In this document: positions 20,056 to 32,465 of the stretch, one piece after another
Layout of the letters: every line of letters begins with the position of its first letter
How positions within the stretch are numbered: position 1 is the first letter of the stretch
Assembly (NCBI GenBank): GCA_021648085.1
Contig: JAKITS010000001.1
Coordinates: 915,201-979,200, forward strand
Origin: Candidatus Magasanikiibacteriota bacterium
GTDB lineage: Bacteria; Patescibacteriota; Patescibacteriia; Magasanikbacterales; UBA922
Length of the DNA stretch: 64,000 nucleotides
Direction: 5' to 3'
Made by a program: the position numbers and the translations under genes
The notes under the pieces: model-generated
Told to the model about the DNA's origin: nothing
Seen by the model: only the letters and a program-made list of their open reading frames with translations
Databases searched by the model: none

Positions 20056-20784
20056 ATGTCAGGACATTCAAAATGGAGTAAGATTAAAAATAAAAAAGGA
20101 AAAGAAGATCAAAAAAGAGGCGCTATTTTTACAAAGGCGACTAGAGCTATTAATCTGGCGGCACGACAAGGTGGGGGTAATATAGATATGAATTTTTCAC
20201 TTAGACTTGCTGTGGAAAAAGCAAAGTCTTTGAATATGCCAAAAGATAATATTGAAAGAGCTATCAAAAAAGGAGCTGGTGAAACTGGTGGTGTGGATCT
20301 GGAAGAGATATTGTACGAAGGTTTTGGAGTAGGAGGAATTGCAATAATGATAGAAACTTTATCAGATAATAGAAATAGAACAGGATCAGAGGTCAAAAAT
20401 ACATTAACAAAAAATGGTGGATCCCTTGGTGCCCCCGGAAGTGTAAAGTGGCAGTTTGAAAGAAAGGGTGTGGTAAGACTTGTAAATGAAAAGAAAGATA
20501 TAACTGGTGATTGGGAATCTTTACAACTTGCATTAATGGATGCAGGCGCAGAAGACATAAGAGAAGCAGATGAAGGTGTGGAAATAATTTCTGCCACAGA
20601 AGACTTTAAAAATCTATTGGAATTTTTGAAGAAATCTGAAATAGAAACAGATGACTCTGGACTTGAATGGGTCGCAAGAGAACCTTTGTCATTGAGCGAA
20701 GAGGCTAGTATAAAACTTGAAAAGTTGGTAGAAAAAATTGAGGATTGCGACGATGTTCAAGATGTGTTTACAAATCAAAAATAA
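20056..20784 (+). CDS. yebC: YebC/PmpR family protein
   Basis: MSGHSKWSKIK start, YEGFG, DNRNRT, DDVQDVFTN. Confidence 0.97.
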   Translation: MSGHSKWSKIKNKKGKEDQKRGAIFTKATRAINLAARQGGGNIDMNFSLRLAVEKAKSLNMPKDNIERAIKKGAGETGGVDLEEILYEGFGVGGIAIMIETLSDNRNRTGSEVKNTLTKNGGSLGAPGSVKWQFERKGVVRLVNEKKDITGDWESLQLALMDAGAEDIREADEGVEIISATEDFKNLLEFLKKSEIETDDSGLEWVAREPLSLSEEASIKLEKLVEKIEDCDDVQDVFTNQK

Positions 20785-20812
20785 GGAAGTTGGGAAAGTT
20801 GAAAATCTGTAT

Positions 20813-20900
20813 TACCATTTCCGACTCGATCAGGAATCCAGAGTTTACAAAACAGAACTATGGTACAAACCCTGGATCCCCAATCAAGTTGGGGATGACA
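20813..20900. repeat. REP/RPE-like palindromic doublet (GTCAT...ATGAC type)
   Basis: ccatttccgactcgatcaggaatccag ... ctggatccccaatcaagttggggatgaca. Confidence 0.7.
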
Positions 20901-21039
20901 GGAGGAAATATGAGATATGATATAAATTTTCATATTTTTTTCAAGTGAAGCGATTTATCAAGAAAAGCATGGCTTTTCGATTCACCAAAAGAGCGAAGCG
21001 ACTGATCCATCAAGCGTTAGCGATACATCATTTTTATTT

Positions 21040-21555
21040 ATGATTGAAAAAAAAGTTGAATACATTTTAGGTGTTGATCCTGGATATGGTAGGGTTGGAT
21101 ATGGAATTATAAAAAAAGAAAAAGGAAACTATATTTATGTGGATCATGGTTGTATAGAAACTTCGCCAAAACAAATTTTTGTGGATAGGTTGGAGACGGT
21201 TTTCAAGGAATTGGAAAAAATAGTTAAAAAATATCCAATTACGTATTCTGCGGTAGAGGATTTATTTTTTGCCAAAAATGTAAAAACTGCAATTGCTGTC
21301 GCGCAGGCAAGAGGCGCAATTCTTTTGACTTTAAAGTTGGCAAATTTACCTATTTATGAATTTACACCTTTGCAAATAAAACAGGCGTTAACAGGTTATG
21401 GTAGAGCAGATAAAAAACAAGTGGAAAAAATGGTAATAGTAAATTTAGGAAAATTAAGAAAAGAACATGACGACGCTGTGGATGCTTTGGCGATTGCACT
21501 TACTTGTGGGGCAACTTTAAAATTTTCGCATAAAGCAGGAATTTTTAGGAAATAA
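21040..21555 (+). CDS. ruvC: Holliday junction resolvase RuvC
   Basis: ILGVDPG, VEDLFFAKN, GYGRADK, DDAVDALAIA; follows yebC. Confidence 0.97.
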   Translation: MIEKKVEYILGVDPGYGRVGYGIIKKEKGNYIYVDHGCIETSPKQIFVDRLETVFKELEKIVKKYPITYSAVEDLFFAKNVKTAIAVAQARGAILLTLKLANLPIYEFTPLQIKQALTGYGRADKKQVEKMVIVNLGKLRKEHDDAVDALAIALTCGATLKFSHKAGIFRK

Positions 21556-21619
21556 TTATTTTGAAATAAGTTCAATTATTGTGTTATACTAAATACGGAT
21601 CCTTAAAAAGGAGGCTGTA

Positions 21620-21895
21620 ATGAGTAGGTACAAAGGTATAAAGATTTATGAGATTTTTATTACTACACCAAAACATATAACCGATATAAATAAAAAGGTT
21701 TGGCCGCATGTAAGAGGGTTGTTTAAAAATGTTGGAGTAATGGTGAGTGTACTTTCTTCTTCTAAAAAATACAAAGTGCCAAAAGATAGGAATTTATTTT
21801 GGGCTAAACTGTCTCTAACAGAAGTTCAGTTGGAGCAAGTTAGGGCAATAAAAGATGTTCTGCATATTTTCTGCAAAGACAAGATGTTAAAATAA
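21620..21895 (+). CDS. Small orphan protein (SD-led)
   Basis: 91 aa; AGGAGG at 21609-21614; own promoter TTGAAA...TGTTATACT. Confidence 0.6.
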   Translation: MSRYKGIKIYEIFITTPKHITDINKKVWPHVRGLFKNVGVMVSVLSSSKKYKVPKDRNLFWAKLSLTEVQLEQVRAIKDVLHIFCKDKMLK

Positions 21896-21975
21896 CTGTC
21901 AAAATAAGTCATTTTTGAGTTTTCTTTAAAATTATTATTAAAGTAGACTTCAGAGTGATTTATAGGCAGTTTTTG
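21894..21975 (+). terminator. Long imperfect hairpin followed by a T tract
   Basis: aactgtc..ataagtcatttt..ctttaa / ttaaag..agagtgatttat..ggcagtt then ttt. Confidence 0.5.
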
Positions 21976-22142
21976 TTTGACAAATTATCATTTTTCTGTT
22001 ATAGTTTGATTATTAAATTACTGCTTTTTATAAGGAGTCTTTAACAAATATAATAATGTTATATTTGTCAAAGATTCTCTATTCAGAAGCGCGGACCTAT
22101 GTGGACATGCCCGCACAGAGCCCGTTAAAAGTATGCATGGTT

Positions 22143-22442
22143 ATGTTGTCAAAAACAAAGAAAAAGAATATAATTAAGAAATACCAAACTCACGAAGGTG
22201 ATACTGGTTCTTCAGAAGTTCAAATTGCACTTTTAAGTGCAGAGATAGACGAGTTGGTTTCTCATTTAAAAGCTCACCACAAAGATCATTCATCGCGTCG
22301 TGGTCTACTTAGAAAAGTAGGACAAAGACACAGGCTGTTGCGTTTCTTGAAAAAGGAAGATGCAAAATCTTATGAAAACTTGGTGATCGCATTGAAATTA
22401 AAACAAGCAAAAGCTTTCCTAAAAAACAAAGCAACAGCTTAA
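22143..22442 (+). CDS. rpsO: 30S ribosomal protein S15
   Basis: DTGSSEVQIALL, KDHSSRRGLL; start moved to ATG at 22143. Confidence 0.98.
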   Translation: MLSKTKKKNIIKKYQTHEGDTGSSEVQIALLSAEIDELVSHLKAHHKDHSSRRGLLRKVGQRHRLLRFLKKEDAKSYENLVIALKLKQAKAFLKNKATA

Positions 22443-22448
22443 AATAAA

Positions 22449-23012
22449 ATGGAAAAGAAAATTATTAAAAGTAAAAAACCGCTTAAACACCCCGACCAAA
22501 GAGTAGGGGTGTTTATCGATGTACAAAATTTATATTATAGTGCAAAAAATTTGCATAGTAAAAAGGTAAATTTTGGTGAGATTGTAAAAGAAGCAGCAGA
22601 AGGTAGGAAGCTTATCCGTGCTATCGCATATGTTGTAAGAACAGAGTCAAAAGATGAGCAACCATTCTTTGAAGCTTTGTATAATCTTGGAATCGAAACA
22701 AGAGAAAAAGATTTGCAAATATTCTTTGGTGGAAGTAAAAAAGCAGATTGGGATGTAGGTCTTACTGTGGATGCTATTCGTTTGTCTGCAAGTTTGGACG
22801 CTGTAGTTTTGGTTTCTGGAGACGGAGATTATGTGCCACTGATTGAGTATATTCAAAAAAGTGCTGGTAAACAAGTCGAAGTTATGGCGTTTGGCGGTAC
22901 AACTTCTTCAAAACTAATAGAAGCGGCAGATGCTTTTACAGATTTGAGTGAGGTTGGTAAAAAATTTCTAATTGTAGACAGAAAAAGACGCCCAAGAAAC
23001 AAAAGAAAATAA
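22449..23012 (+). CDS. NYN/LabA (DUF88) domain protein
   Basis: VFIDVQNLY, KADWDVG..VDA, LVSGDGDY. Confidence 0.9.
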   Translation: MEKKIIKSKKPLKHPDQRVGVFIDVQNLYYSAKNLHSKKVNFGEIVKEAAEGRKLIRAIAYVVRTESKDEQPFFEALYNLGIETREKDLQIFFGGSKKADWDVGLTVDAIRLSASLDAVVLVSGDGDYVPLIEYIQKSAGKQVEVMAFGGTTSSKLIEAADAFTDLSEVGKKFLIVDRKRRPRNKRK

Positions 23013-23021
23013 ATTAATTAT

Positions 23022-23156
23022 AGATGGTCTAGAAACAAATAGATCCCTAAAAAACTTTTTAAGTTTTTCGTTGAGGGTCTGTAGTATCTAGATCATCTCT
23101 TGGGAATATCAGCAAATACCATTTCAATAACGAAAGCGTATTTGGCGACATTCCCG
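23022..23156 (+). promoter_or_regulatory. Two long hairpins in the pnp leader, candidate RNase III substrate
   Basis: agatggtctaga/tctagatcatct and gggaatatc..caaatac/gtatttg..gacattccc. Confidence 0.55.
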
Positions 23157-23174
23157 TTAGAAAATAAAAATACT

Positions 23175-25388
23175 ATGTTGGTAAATCCAAAAAGTTGGTC
23201 AATTGAGTGGGGAGGAAGGGAGTTAACTATTGAGACAGGAAAACTTGCACTTCAGGCAGGTGCAGCCTGTACTGTAAGGTATGGTGATACAATGATCTTG
23301 GCTACAGCTACTAGAAGTAGTGGTGTTCGTGAAGGGTTAGATTTTTTTCCTTTGAGTGTAGAATTTCAAGAAAAATTATACGCAGCAGGAAAAATTAAAG
23401 GATCTCGTTTTATAAAAAGAGAAGGTCGTCCAAGTGATGATGCTGTTCTTTCTGGGCGTATTATAGACCGAGCTATTCGCCCATTGTTTGACGATAGTAC
23501 AAGAAATGAAGTTCAGGTTGTGACTATGGCACTTTCAGTAGATGGTGAAAACGATGCATTTGTGACAGCATTTATTGCTGCAAGTTGCGCTCTAGCTATC
23601 TCACCAATTCCTTGGAATGGTCCTATTGGAGCAGCTAGAATTGGGAGAGTAGACGGAGAGTTAGTTTTAAATGTTAAAAAATCAGAATTAGAAAACAGCG
23701 ATTTAGATCTAATAGTCGCAGGAACTCCAGAAAAATTAATCATGGTTGAATCTGGTTCAAAAGAAGTCAAAGAGCAAGATATGTTCGATGCAATGAAATG
23801 GGGTTGTGAACAATTGAATCCAATAGTTGAACTTATAAAGAAAATTCAAACAGAACTTGGTACAGAAAAAGTGGAAGTTGGTACAAAAGTTGAAGAATTG
23901 GAAGATATAAAAAAGCAAGTAAAAAAAGCTTCTAGAGATTTTGTATTTTCAGTTGCAGATTCTATGATTTTCGACTCGAAGAAAATTACAAAGAAAGAAA
24001 GAAAACAAACGATGACGGATGTAAAAAATGCATTACAAAGTCATTTGGAAGAAAAAGGATTTAATGAAGATGCTCAGAAAATTGGTTTGGGAGATACAAA
24101 GAAACATATTTCAGATGTAATTTCAAACAGAATTTTGGAAAAAGATGAGCGTTTAGATGGAAGAGGATTGGAAGAGGTTCGTGAATTATTTGTAGATGGT
24201 GATACGATTCCTCGTGTTCATGGTTCTGCGATTTTTATGCGTGGCGACACACAAGTTTTGTCTATCGTGACTCTTGGTTCTCCGGGAGATGTTCAAACTA
24301 TGGACACTATGGAAGAAGATGGTACAAAGCGCTATATGCACCATTACAATGATATGCCATATACTTATGGAGAGACGGGTAGAATTTTTGGACCAGGAAG
24401 GCGCGCTATCGGACATGGTGCATTAGCAGAAAGAGCATTAATGCCTATGCTTCCAACTGTGGAAGAGTTTCCTTACACAATGCGTGTAGTTTCAGAAGTA
24501 ATGGGTTCAAACGGATCTAGTTCTATGGCTTCAACTTGTGCATCAACTCTATCTTTGATGATCTCTGGTGTACCAATTAAAAAGCCGGTTGCAGGAATTG
24601 CAATTGGTCTTGCATCAGATTTGGAAAACGATGAAAATAGATGGAAAGTTTTGACAGACTTGCAAGATGTGGAAGATGGAAAAGGTGGAATGGACTTTAA
24701 AATTACAGGAACAATAGACGGAATTACAGCAATGCAAATGGATACAAAAACTCAAGGATTGAATTGGGATATTGTAGATCAAACTTTAAAACAAAGTGCA
24801 GATGCTCGTACAAAGATTTTGGCAAAAATGTCAGAATTGATTTCTGAGCCTCGTCCAGAACTTGCATCAACAGCTCCTAGAATTGAAACAATAGAAATTG
24901 ATCCAGATAAGATTAGAGATGTGATTGGGCCAGGTGGAAAAATGATAAATAAAATTATTGCTGACACTGGAGTTCAAATGGATATTGAGCAGGATGGAAG
25001 AGTAATCATAACTTCAAGCGACCAAGAAGGAATGGACAAAGCTACTGAAATGGTTTTGAATATTACAAAGGAAGTTGAAGCTGGAGAAATCTATGAAGGA
25101 ACTGTAGCGCGTTTGGAAAACTTTGGAGCTTTTGTAAATATATTGCCAGGAAAAGATGGACTTGTTCATGTAAGTGAAATTGCTTGGGCAAGAATTGGAG
25201 AGCCAAGCGATGTATTAAAAATTGGAGATAAAGTACAAGTAAAAGTGAAGGAAATAGATAATATGAAAAGAATAAACTTATCTATTAAAGCACTACTTCC
25301 AAAACCAGAAGGTTTTGTAGAACAGAGCAGGCCTCCAAGAAGAGACGATAAAAGACAACCAAAACGTTACGAAAAAACAGGAAGTTAA
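23175..25388 (+). CDS. pnp: Polyribonucleotide nucleotidyltransferase
   Basis: FIKREGRPS, SNGSSSMAS, GMDFK, KH and S1 domains; ATG at 23175. Confidence 0.98.
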   Translation: MLVNPKSWSIEWGGRELTIETGKLALQAGAACTVRYGDTMILATATRSSGVREGLDFFPLSVEFQEKLYAAGKIKGSRFIKREGRPSDDAVLSGRIIDRAIRPLFDDSTRNEVQVVTMALSVDGENDAFVTAFIAASCALAISPIPWNGPIGAARIGRVDGELVLNVKKSELENSDLDLIVAGTPEKLIMVESGSKEVKEQDMFDAMKWGCEQLNPIVELIKKIQTELGTEKVEVGTKVEELEDIKKQVKKASRDFVFSVADSMIFDSKKITKKERKQTMTDVKNALQSHLEEKGFNEDAQKIGLGDTKKHISDVISNRILEKDERLDGRGLEEVRELFVDGDTIPRVHGSAIFMRGDTQVLSIVTLGSPGDVQTMDTMEEDGTKRYMHHYNDMPYTYGETGRIFGPGRRAIGHGALAERALMPMLPTVEEFPYTMRVVSEVMGSNGSSSMASTCASTLSLMISGVPIKKPVAGIAIGLASDLENDENRWKVLTDLQDVEDGKGGMDFKITGTIDGITAMQMDTKTQGLNWDIVDQTLKQSADARTKILAKMSELISEPRPELASTAPRIETIEIDPDKIRDVIGPGGKMINKIIADTGVQMDIEQDGRVIITSSDQEGMDKATEMVLNITKEVEAGEIYEGTVARLENFGAFVNILPGKDGLVHVSEIAWARIGEPSDVLKIGDKVQVKVKEIDNMKRINLSIKALLPKPEGFVEQSRPPRRDDKRQPKRYEKTGS

Positions 25389-25400
25389 CCTTCTAAAAAC

Positions 25401-25431
25401 AAAAAACAACTCATTTGTGGGTTGTTTTTTT
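25401..25431 (+). terminator. pnp terminator
   Basis: aaaaaacaactca-tt-tgtgggttgttttttt. Confidence 0.75.
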
Positions 25432-25519
25432 GTTTTGTACATAGTTTTATTTAGTCTACTTATTTTTCATAGTTTGATGTCTTTTTATGGTATAATAAAA
25501 AAGAATTTATTTTTTTGTT

Positions 25520-26965
25520 ATGTCGAAAAGAGAGGTTATTATAAAAACAAGAGATATCGCTGTTACTTATTTTATGGGTAAAAGCAATGAAGTAAAAGCT
25601 CTAAAAAAAATGTCTTTAGAAATTTATAAAGGCGAATTTGTTATTTTTTTTGGTCCTTCTGGTTGTGGAAAATCTACACTTCTTTATTCTATTGCGGGTT
25701 TAGAGCGTCAAGCTACGGGCGAGGCAATAATACAAGGTAAAGATGTTGTGAAGATGACTAATAAAGATTTGGAAAAACACTATCAAAAAACTATTGGTAT
25801 GATTTTTCAAGCTTTTTATTTAATACCTTCTCTTTCTGTTTTGCAAAATGTAATGATGCCTCAGATTGCTATTGGAGTAAGCCCAAAAAAAAGAAAAAAG
25901 AAAGCCTCAGATCTTTTAGAATATTTTGGAGTAGGACCTCAGTCAAGTAAATTGCCAACTGAGCTTTCTGGTGGACAGCAACAGCGAGTGGCTATTAGTA
26001 GATCTCTTGTAAATGATCCAGATATGATTTTGGCAGATGAACCTGTGGGAAACCTAGACTCAAAGTCTGCTGCCGATGTGCTTAGTTTGATTCAAGAGAT
26101 GAACAGAAAACAAAAAAAGACTGTTATTTTAGTAACGCACGATCCTACACATTTGGATATTGCAGACAGGGTTTTTTATTTGAAAGATGGTGCGTTAATT
26201 GATGTGAAAGAAAATAAGAATCCGCGCGTGATTCACAGAATTGGTAAGAAAACTAAAGAAGATAAAGAGCTTAAAAAAGAAAAAAGTAATCTAGAATTAA
26301 TATCTAAAATATACTCAAAAAATACAAAAAAAATAGATGGAATGCTTTTGGAATATAAAGCTAAAGAAATTTTACTAGAAGTTTTAACAGGAATGAATAG
26401 TAGGCAGCTTTTAGTTTTAGAGGAATACACAAAACAAATGATTAAAACAGGTGTAGATGGTAAGAGTGAAATGTATGAATATTTGGACAAAGATTTTGAA
26501 AATGGTGGTGCAGATTTGGATAGTCGTACAGCAAAAGAAATATCAAAAAAAGTAAAAGATATTGTTTCAGAAATGAGGATTGTTTCAGATTCAGATAAGA
26601 TAGAAACCTCAAAACCAATAGAAACATATGTAAAGCAGATAAGATATTATTTGTTGGAAACTTTTGATGTTCAAGTAAATAGTACAGAAAGTTTAGATGC
26701 AATTGACTATATTTTGAAAGACAGGGTTCAGGGTGTAACAGACAAAAAAGGTGTTTTTAAAATGTTAGATTTAGATTTGGAGCACGGTGGTGCGGGATTA
26801 AATAAAAGAACTGCAAAAAAAATTGCAAAACGATTAGAGTTGGTTTTACTTGGAAAATATACAAGAAATAAAAAACGAGAAAAAGAGTTATTAAAAGCAC
26901 AAAAAGAAGAAAGAAAAAAGCATAAAAAAGAAAAAGATACTAAAGAAAAAAAGAATAAATTATAA
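25520..26965 (+). CDS. MacB/LolD-type ABC ATPase with long C-terminal extension
   Basis: [31 protein letters not shown]. Confidence 0.92.
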   Translation: MSKREVIIKTRDIAVTYFMGKSNEVKALKKMSLEIYKGEFVIFFGPSGCGKSTLLYSIAGLERQATGEAIIQGKDVVKMTNKDLEKHYQKTIGMIFQAFYLIPSLSVLQNVMMPQIAIGVSPKKRKKKASDLLEYFGVGPQSSKLPTELSGGQQQRVAISRSLVNDPDMILADEPVGNLDSKSAADVLSLIQEMNRKQKKTVILVTHDPTHLDIADRVFYLKDGALIDVKENKNPRVIHRIGKKTKEDKELKKEKSNLELISKIYSKNTKKIDGMLLEYKAKEILLEVLTGMNSRQLLVLEEYTKQMIKTGVDGKSEMYEYLDKDFENGGADLDSRTAKEISKKVKDIVSEMRIVSDSDKIETSKPIETYVKQIRYYLLETFDVQVNSTESLDAIDYILKDRVQGVTDKKGVFKMLDLDLEHGGAGLNKRTAKKIAKRLELVLLGKYTRNKKREKELLKAQKEERKKHKKEKDTKEKKNKL

Positions 26966-26968
26966 GCT

Positions 26969-28174
26969 ATGAGACTTTCCGACGCTTTGTCGTTATCCAC
27001 AAGAATGTTTAGAACAAGACCACTTAGAACATTATTAACAGTAATGGGTGTTGGTGTTGGTATTGGAACTGTTCTATTTTTGGTCTCACTTGGTTACGGT
27101 CTGCAAGACGCTGTATTAAGTCGTATTACAACGGCAGACGCTTTACTTAGTTTAGATGTTGCACCAGGAAGTTCAGAGTTAATTACTTTAAATAAAGATG
27201 TAATTGATAAAATAAAAAAAATTCCAAATGTGGAAGAGGTCAGTCCTGTGATTTCTGCTTCTGCACAAATAAGTTTAGAAAATTTGGTTGGAGACGGAAC
27301 AATGTATGCTGTCAAACCATCATACTTTAGATTAAGTGGAGTGGATACAATTTTAGGGGATTTATTTGAGAATAATACTGATGAAAATCCAAAAGCAATA
27401 GTTTCTTCCGCGGCTGTTCAGTTATTCAATATGAACCCAGAAGATATCTTAGGAAAGGAGTTTAATTTAAGTTTTTTTATTCCACGCATAGATGGCGAAG
27501 GTGTGGAGCATTTGGAAATTGTAGATAAGGATACAATGTATTCTATTGTTGGTGTTGTGGCTGATGACTCAGAAAGTTTTGTTTATATCCCTTTGGCTTC
27601 GGTAGAAAGTGTCGGAATAGAAAATTTTTTAGAAACAAAAGTAAAAGTCTCTAGTATAGAAGCAATGGACAATATACGACTTGAAATTGTGGAGATGGGT
27701 TTTTTTGTTTCTGCACTTAAAGATGTAATTGAAGATGCACAAAAAATATTTAGCATTGTACAATTAATTTTAGGTTTGTTTGGTTTGGTGGCACTTACTG
27801 TTTCTGCTATCGGAATGTTCAATACAATGACAGTTATGCTTTTGGAGCGTACAAATGAAATAGGTATTATGAGATCAATCGGCGTCACTCGTAGAAGCAT
27901 TAGAACTTTATTTATTGTTGAGGCAATGCTAATGGGATTTTTGGGTGGGCTTGGAGGTGTTGGTATTGGAATTTTAGGTGGAGAAATTTTTAATTTTATA
28001 ATAAATATTTTGGCAAAAAATTTGGGTGGTGAATCTGTTGACTTGTTTGTAAGCCCATTTTGGTTTATTGGTGTTATTATTTTTTTCTCAACTGTTATTG
28101 GTTTTATGACTGGTGTTTTTCCTGCCAGGCGTGCAGCCAAATTAAACCCATTAGATGCACTGCGTTACAAATAA
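26969..28174 (+). CDS. MacB/FtsX-family ABC permease
   Basis: ERTNEIGIMRSIG, PARRAAKLNPLDALRYK, four TM segments plus extracytoplasmic domain. Confidence 0.92.
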   Translation: MRLSDALSLSTRMFRTRPLRTLLTVMGVGVGIGTVLFLVSLGYGLQDAVLSRITTADALLSLDVAPGSSELITLNKDVIDKIKKIPNVEEVSPVISASAQISLENLVGDGTMYAVKPSYFRLSGVDTILGDLFENNTDENPKAIVSSAAVQLFNMNPEDILGKEFNLSFFIPRIDGEGVEHLEIVDKDTMYSIVGVVADDSESFVYIPLASVESVGIENFLETKVKVSSIEAMDNIRLEIVEMGFFVSALKDVIEDAQKIFSIVQLILGLFGLVALTVSAIGMFNTMTVMLLERTNEIGIMRSIGVTRRSIRTLFIVEAMLMGFLGGLGGVGIGILGGEIFNFIINILAKNLGGESVDLFVSPFWFIGVIIFFSTVIGFMTGVFPARRAAKLNPLDALRYK

Positions 28175-28205
28175 TTTTTTATATATAAAATTGCAAGTAA
28201 TTAAG

Positions 28206-28234
28206 TTGACAGAATACTTTATTTAGTATATAAT
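28206..28234 (+). promoter_or_regulatory. Sigma70 promoter for the tRNA-Leu transcript
   Basis: TTGACA-17-TATAAT perfect consensus. Confidence 0.8.
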
Positions 28235-28281
28235 ATACCCGCCCAATTTAGGTGGGTATTTAAAATAGGTTGTTTCAAGTA

Positions 28282-28444
28282 GGGAATAATTTTCAAAAAT
28301 GCTTTCCATTATTAAAATCTTTAAATTTTGAGCGAGACAAAAAGAAAAAATTTTTGACTAGTCATATCTTCAGAAATATTTTTTCTTAAAGTCGTAGTCA
28401 AAATCTAAATATTTTAATAGAAATGATGTTTGGAAATTATTCCC
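28282..28444 (+). repeat. Dispersed ~160-bp imperfect palindrome, copy 3
   Basis: Ends gggaataattttcaaa / tttggaaattattccc; same core as copies 1 and 2. Confidence 0.9.
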
Positions 28445-28451
28445 ACAAAAA

Positions 28452-28533
28452 GCGGGTGTGGTGAAATTGGTATACACGCGTGGTTTAGGACCATGTGCCT
28501 TCGGGCGTGAGAGTTCGAGTCTCTCCACCCGCA
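28452..28533 (+). tRNA. tRNA-Leu (anticodon TAG), CCA not encoded
   Basis: Acceptor gcgggtg/cacccgc, anticodon arm cgtgg-tt TAG ga-ccatg, long variable arm, GTTCGAG T loop. Confidence 0.97.
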
Positions 28534-28538
28534 CTAAA

Positions 28539-28696
28539 ATAGATATATTTTAAAACAATCTTTTGTTGAAACTTTTAGATTTCGGCTGCAAAGTAAAATT
28601 ATCAAAAAACATTATGTATATAAAGCTTTTTTCAAATTTCACTTTTCGCTCGAAATCTAAAAGTTGCACCTAAAAGCTGTTTCAAAATATATCTAT
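28539..28696 (-). repeat. Dispersed ~160-bp imperfect palindrome, copy 4 (inverted, divergent)
   Basis: Ends atagatatatttt / aaaatatatctat; minus strand reads tttcGAGCGAaaag...ctttGCAGCcgaaa; 158 bp. Confidence 0.7.
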
Positions 28697-28700
28697 AAAT

Positions 28701-28973
28701 ATGGAGAGTATAAAAATTTTTGCAAGTCAGATAAATCCAAATATAGATACTATAGATTTGCACACAGAAAATTCTTTGTATGCTTCTATGGAAAAATTAG
28801 ACCAAAAATTATATTCTTTGTATCAAGATGAAAAAGAATATTGTAGGATTATTTTTGGGATTGGAACTGGTAAGCTTAAAAATGAAACTTTAAAATCTTT
28901 AGAAAAAAACCCACTAATTGAACATGTTGAAATGGATGAAAACGGTGGAAGTTGTATCGTATTCTTTTCTTAA
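28701..28973 (+). CDS. Stand-alone Smr domain protein
   Basis: TIDLH...RIIFGIGTGKLK...GGSCIV. Confidence 0.8.
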   Translation: MESIKIFASQINPNIDTIDLHTENSLYASMEKLDQKLYSLYQDEKEYCRIIFGIGTGKLKNETLKSLEKNPLIEHVEMDENGGSCIVFFS

Positions 28974-29007
28974 AATTATTAGTTATCCACTGTTATAAGA
29001 AAAGTAC

Positions 29008-29036
29008 TTGACAGCTTTTTTTAAATAGTGTAAAAT
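29008..29036 (+). promoter_or_regulatory. rRNA promoter
   Basis: TTGACA-17-TAAAAT about 280 nt upstream of 23S. Confidence 0.75.
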
Positions 29037-29173
29037 GTGGAGCGTTATCGAAATTTAAAAAATAGTCTCACTACAGAAGTTAATCAAGTCGTTAATTTCT
29101 GTGGTCAGATTATAAGAGTCTCTAAATAAACATCTCAGCAGATGACTTATTTACTTAGAGAATCCAACTGATA

Positions 29174-29184
29174 GCACATTACAA
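29174..29184 (+). promoter_or_regulatory. Candidate boxA antitermination element in the rRNA leader
   Basis: GCACATTACAA resembles rrn boxA (GCTCTTTAACAA) and lies upstream of the processing stem. Confidence 0.45.
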
Positions 29185-29313
29185 TTCAAGAGTCTTAATA
29201 GAGATATAAATTAAAATAATCTTTATAGCGATACAAAGTTATTTTAAATATATCTAAAAGAAAAATTGTAAGTAAAAAAATATTATATGCGAAAATACTA
29301 TTATGTGTTTTCG

Positions 29314-32255
<2,942 letters not shown>

Positions 32256-32465
32256 GAAAGCACATAGTAGTTTTTTACTATAATAAATTCACATTTGTGT
32301 ATTTATATTACAAACATTTTTCTAATTATTTGAGGTTTAAATTGAATAGATTTTGCCAAAAAATTAGTTAGGACTCTTATTTGTGAAACAAAAAAGCAAT
32401 ATTTTGTTGATTTAAGTAGATTTATTTCTATTTAATTCTAGATTTTTTACAATTTAGTTTACAAT

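Noticed and set aside
20109-20597. Long antisense ORFs (also 27583-28140 and 59504-59953)
   Set aside because: Shadows of well-supported genes on the opposite strand
20738-20948. 60- and 67-aa ORFs after yebC
   Set aside because: They are translations of the REP-like palindrome and overlap the end of yebC
22034-22048. GTCTTTAACAA in the rpsO leader as boxA, with upstream AAGGAG as an SD
   Set aside because: It forms one arm of a long hairpin and is far from the true start; kept only as a caveat to the boxA finding
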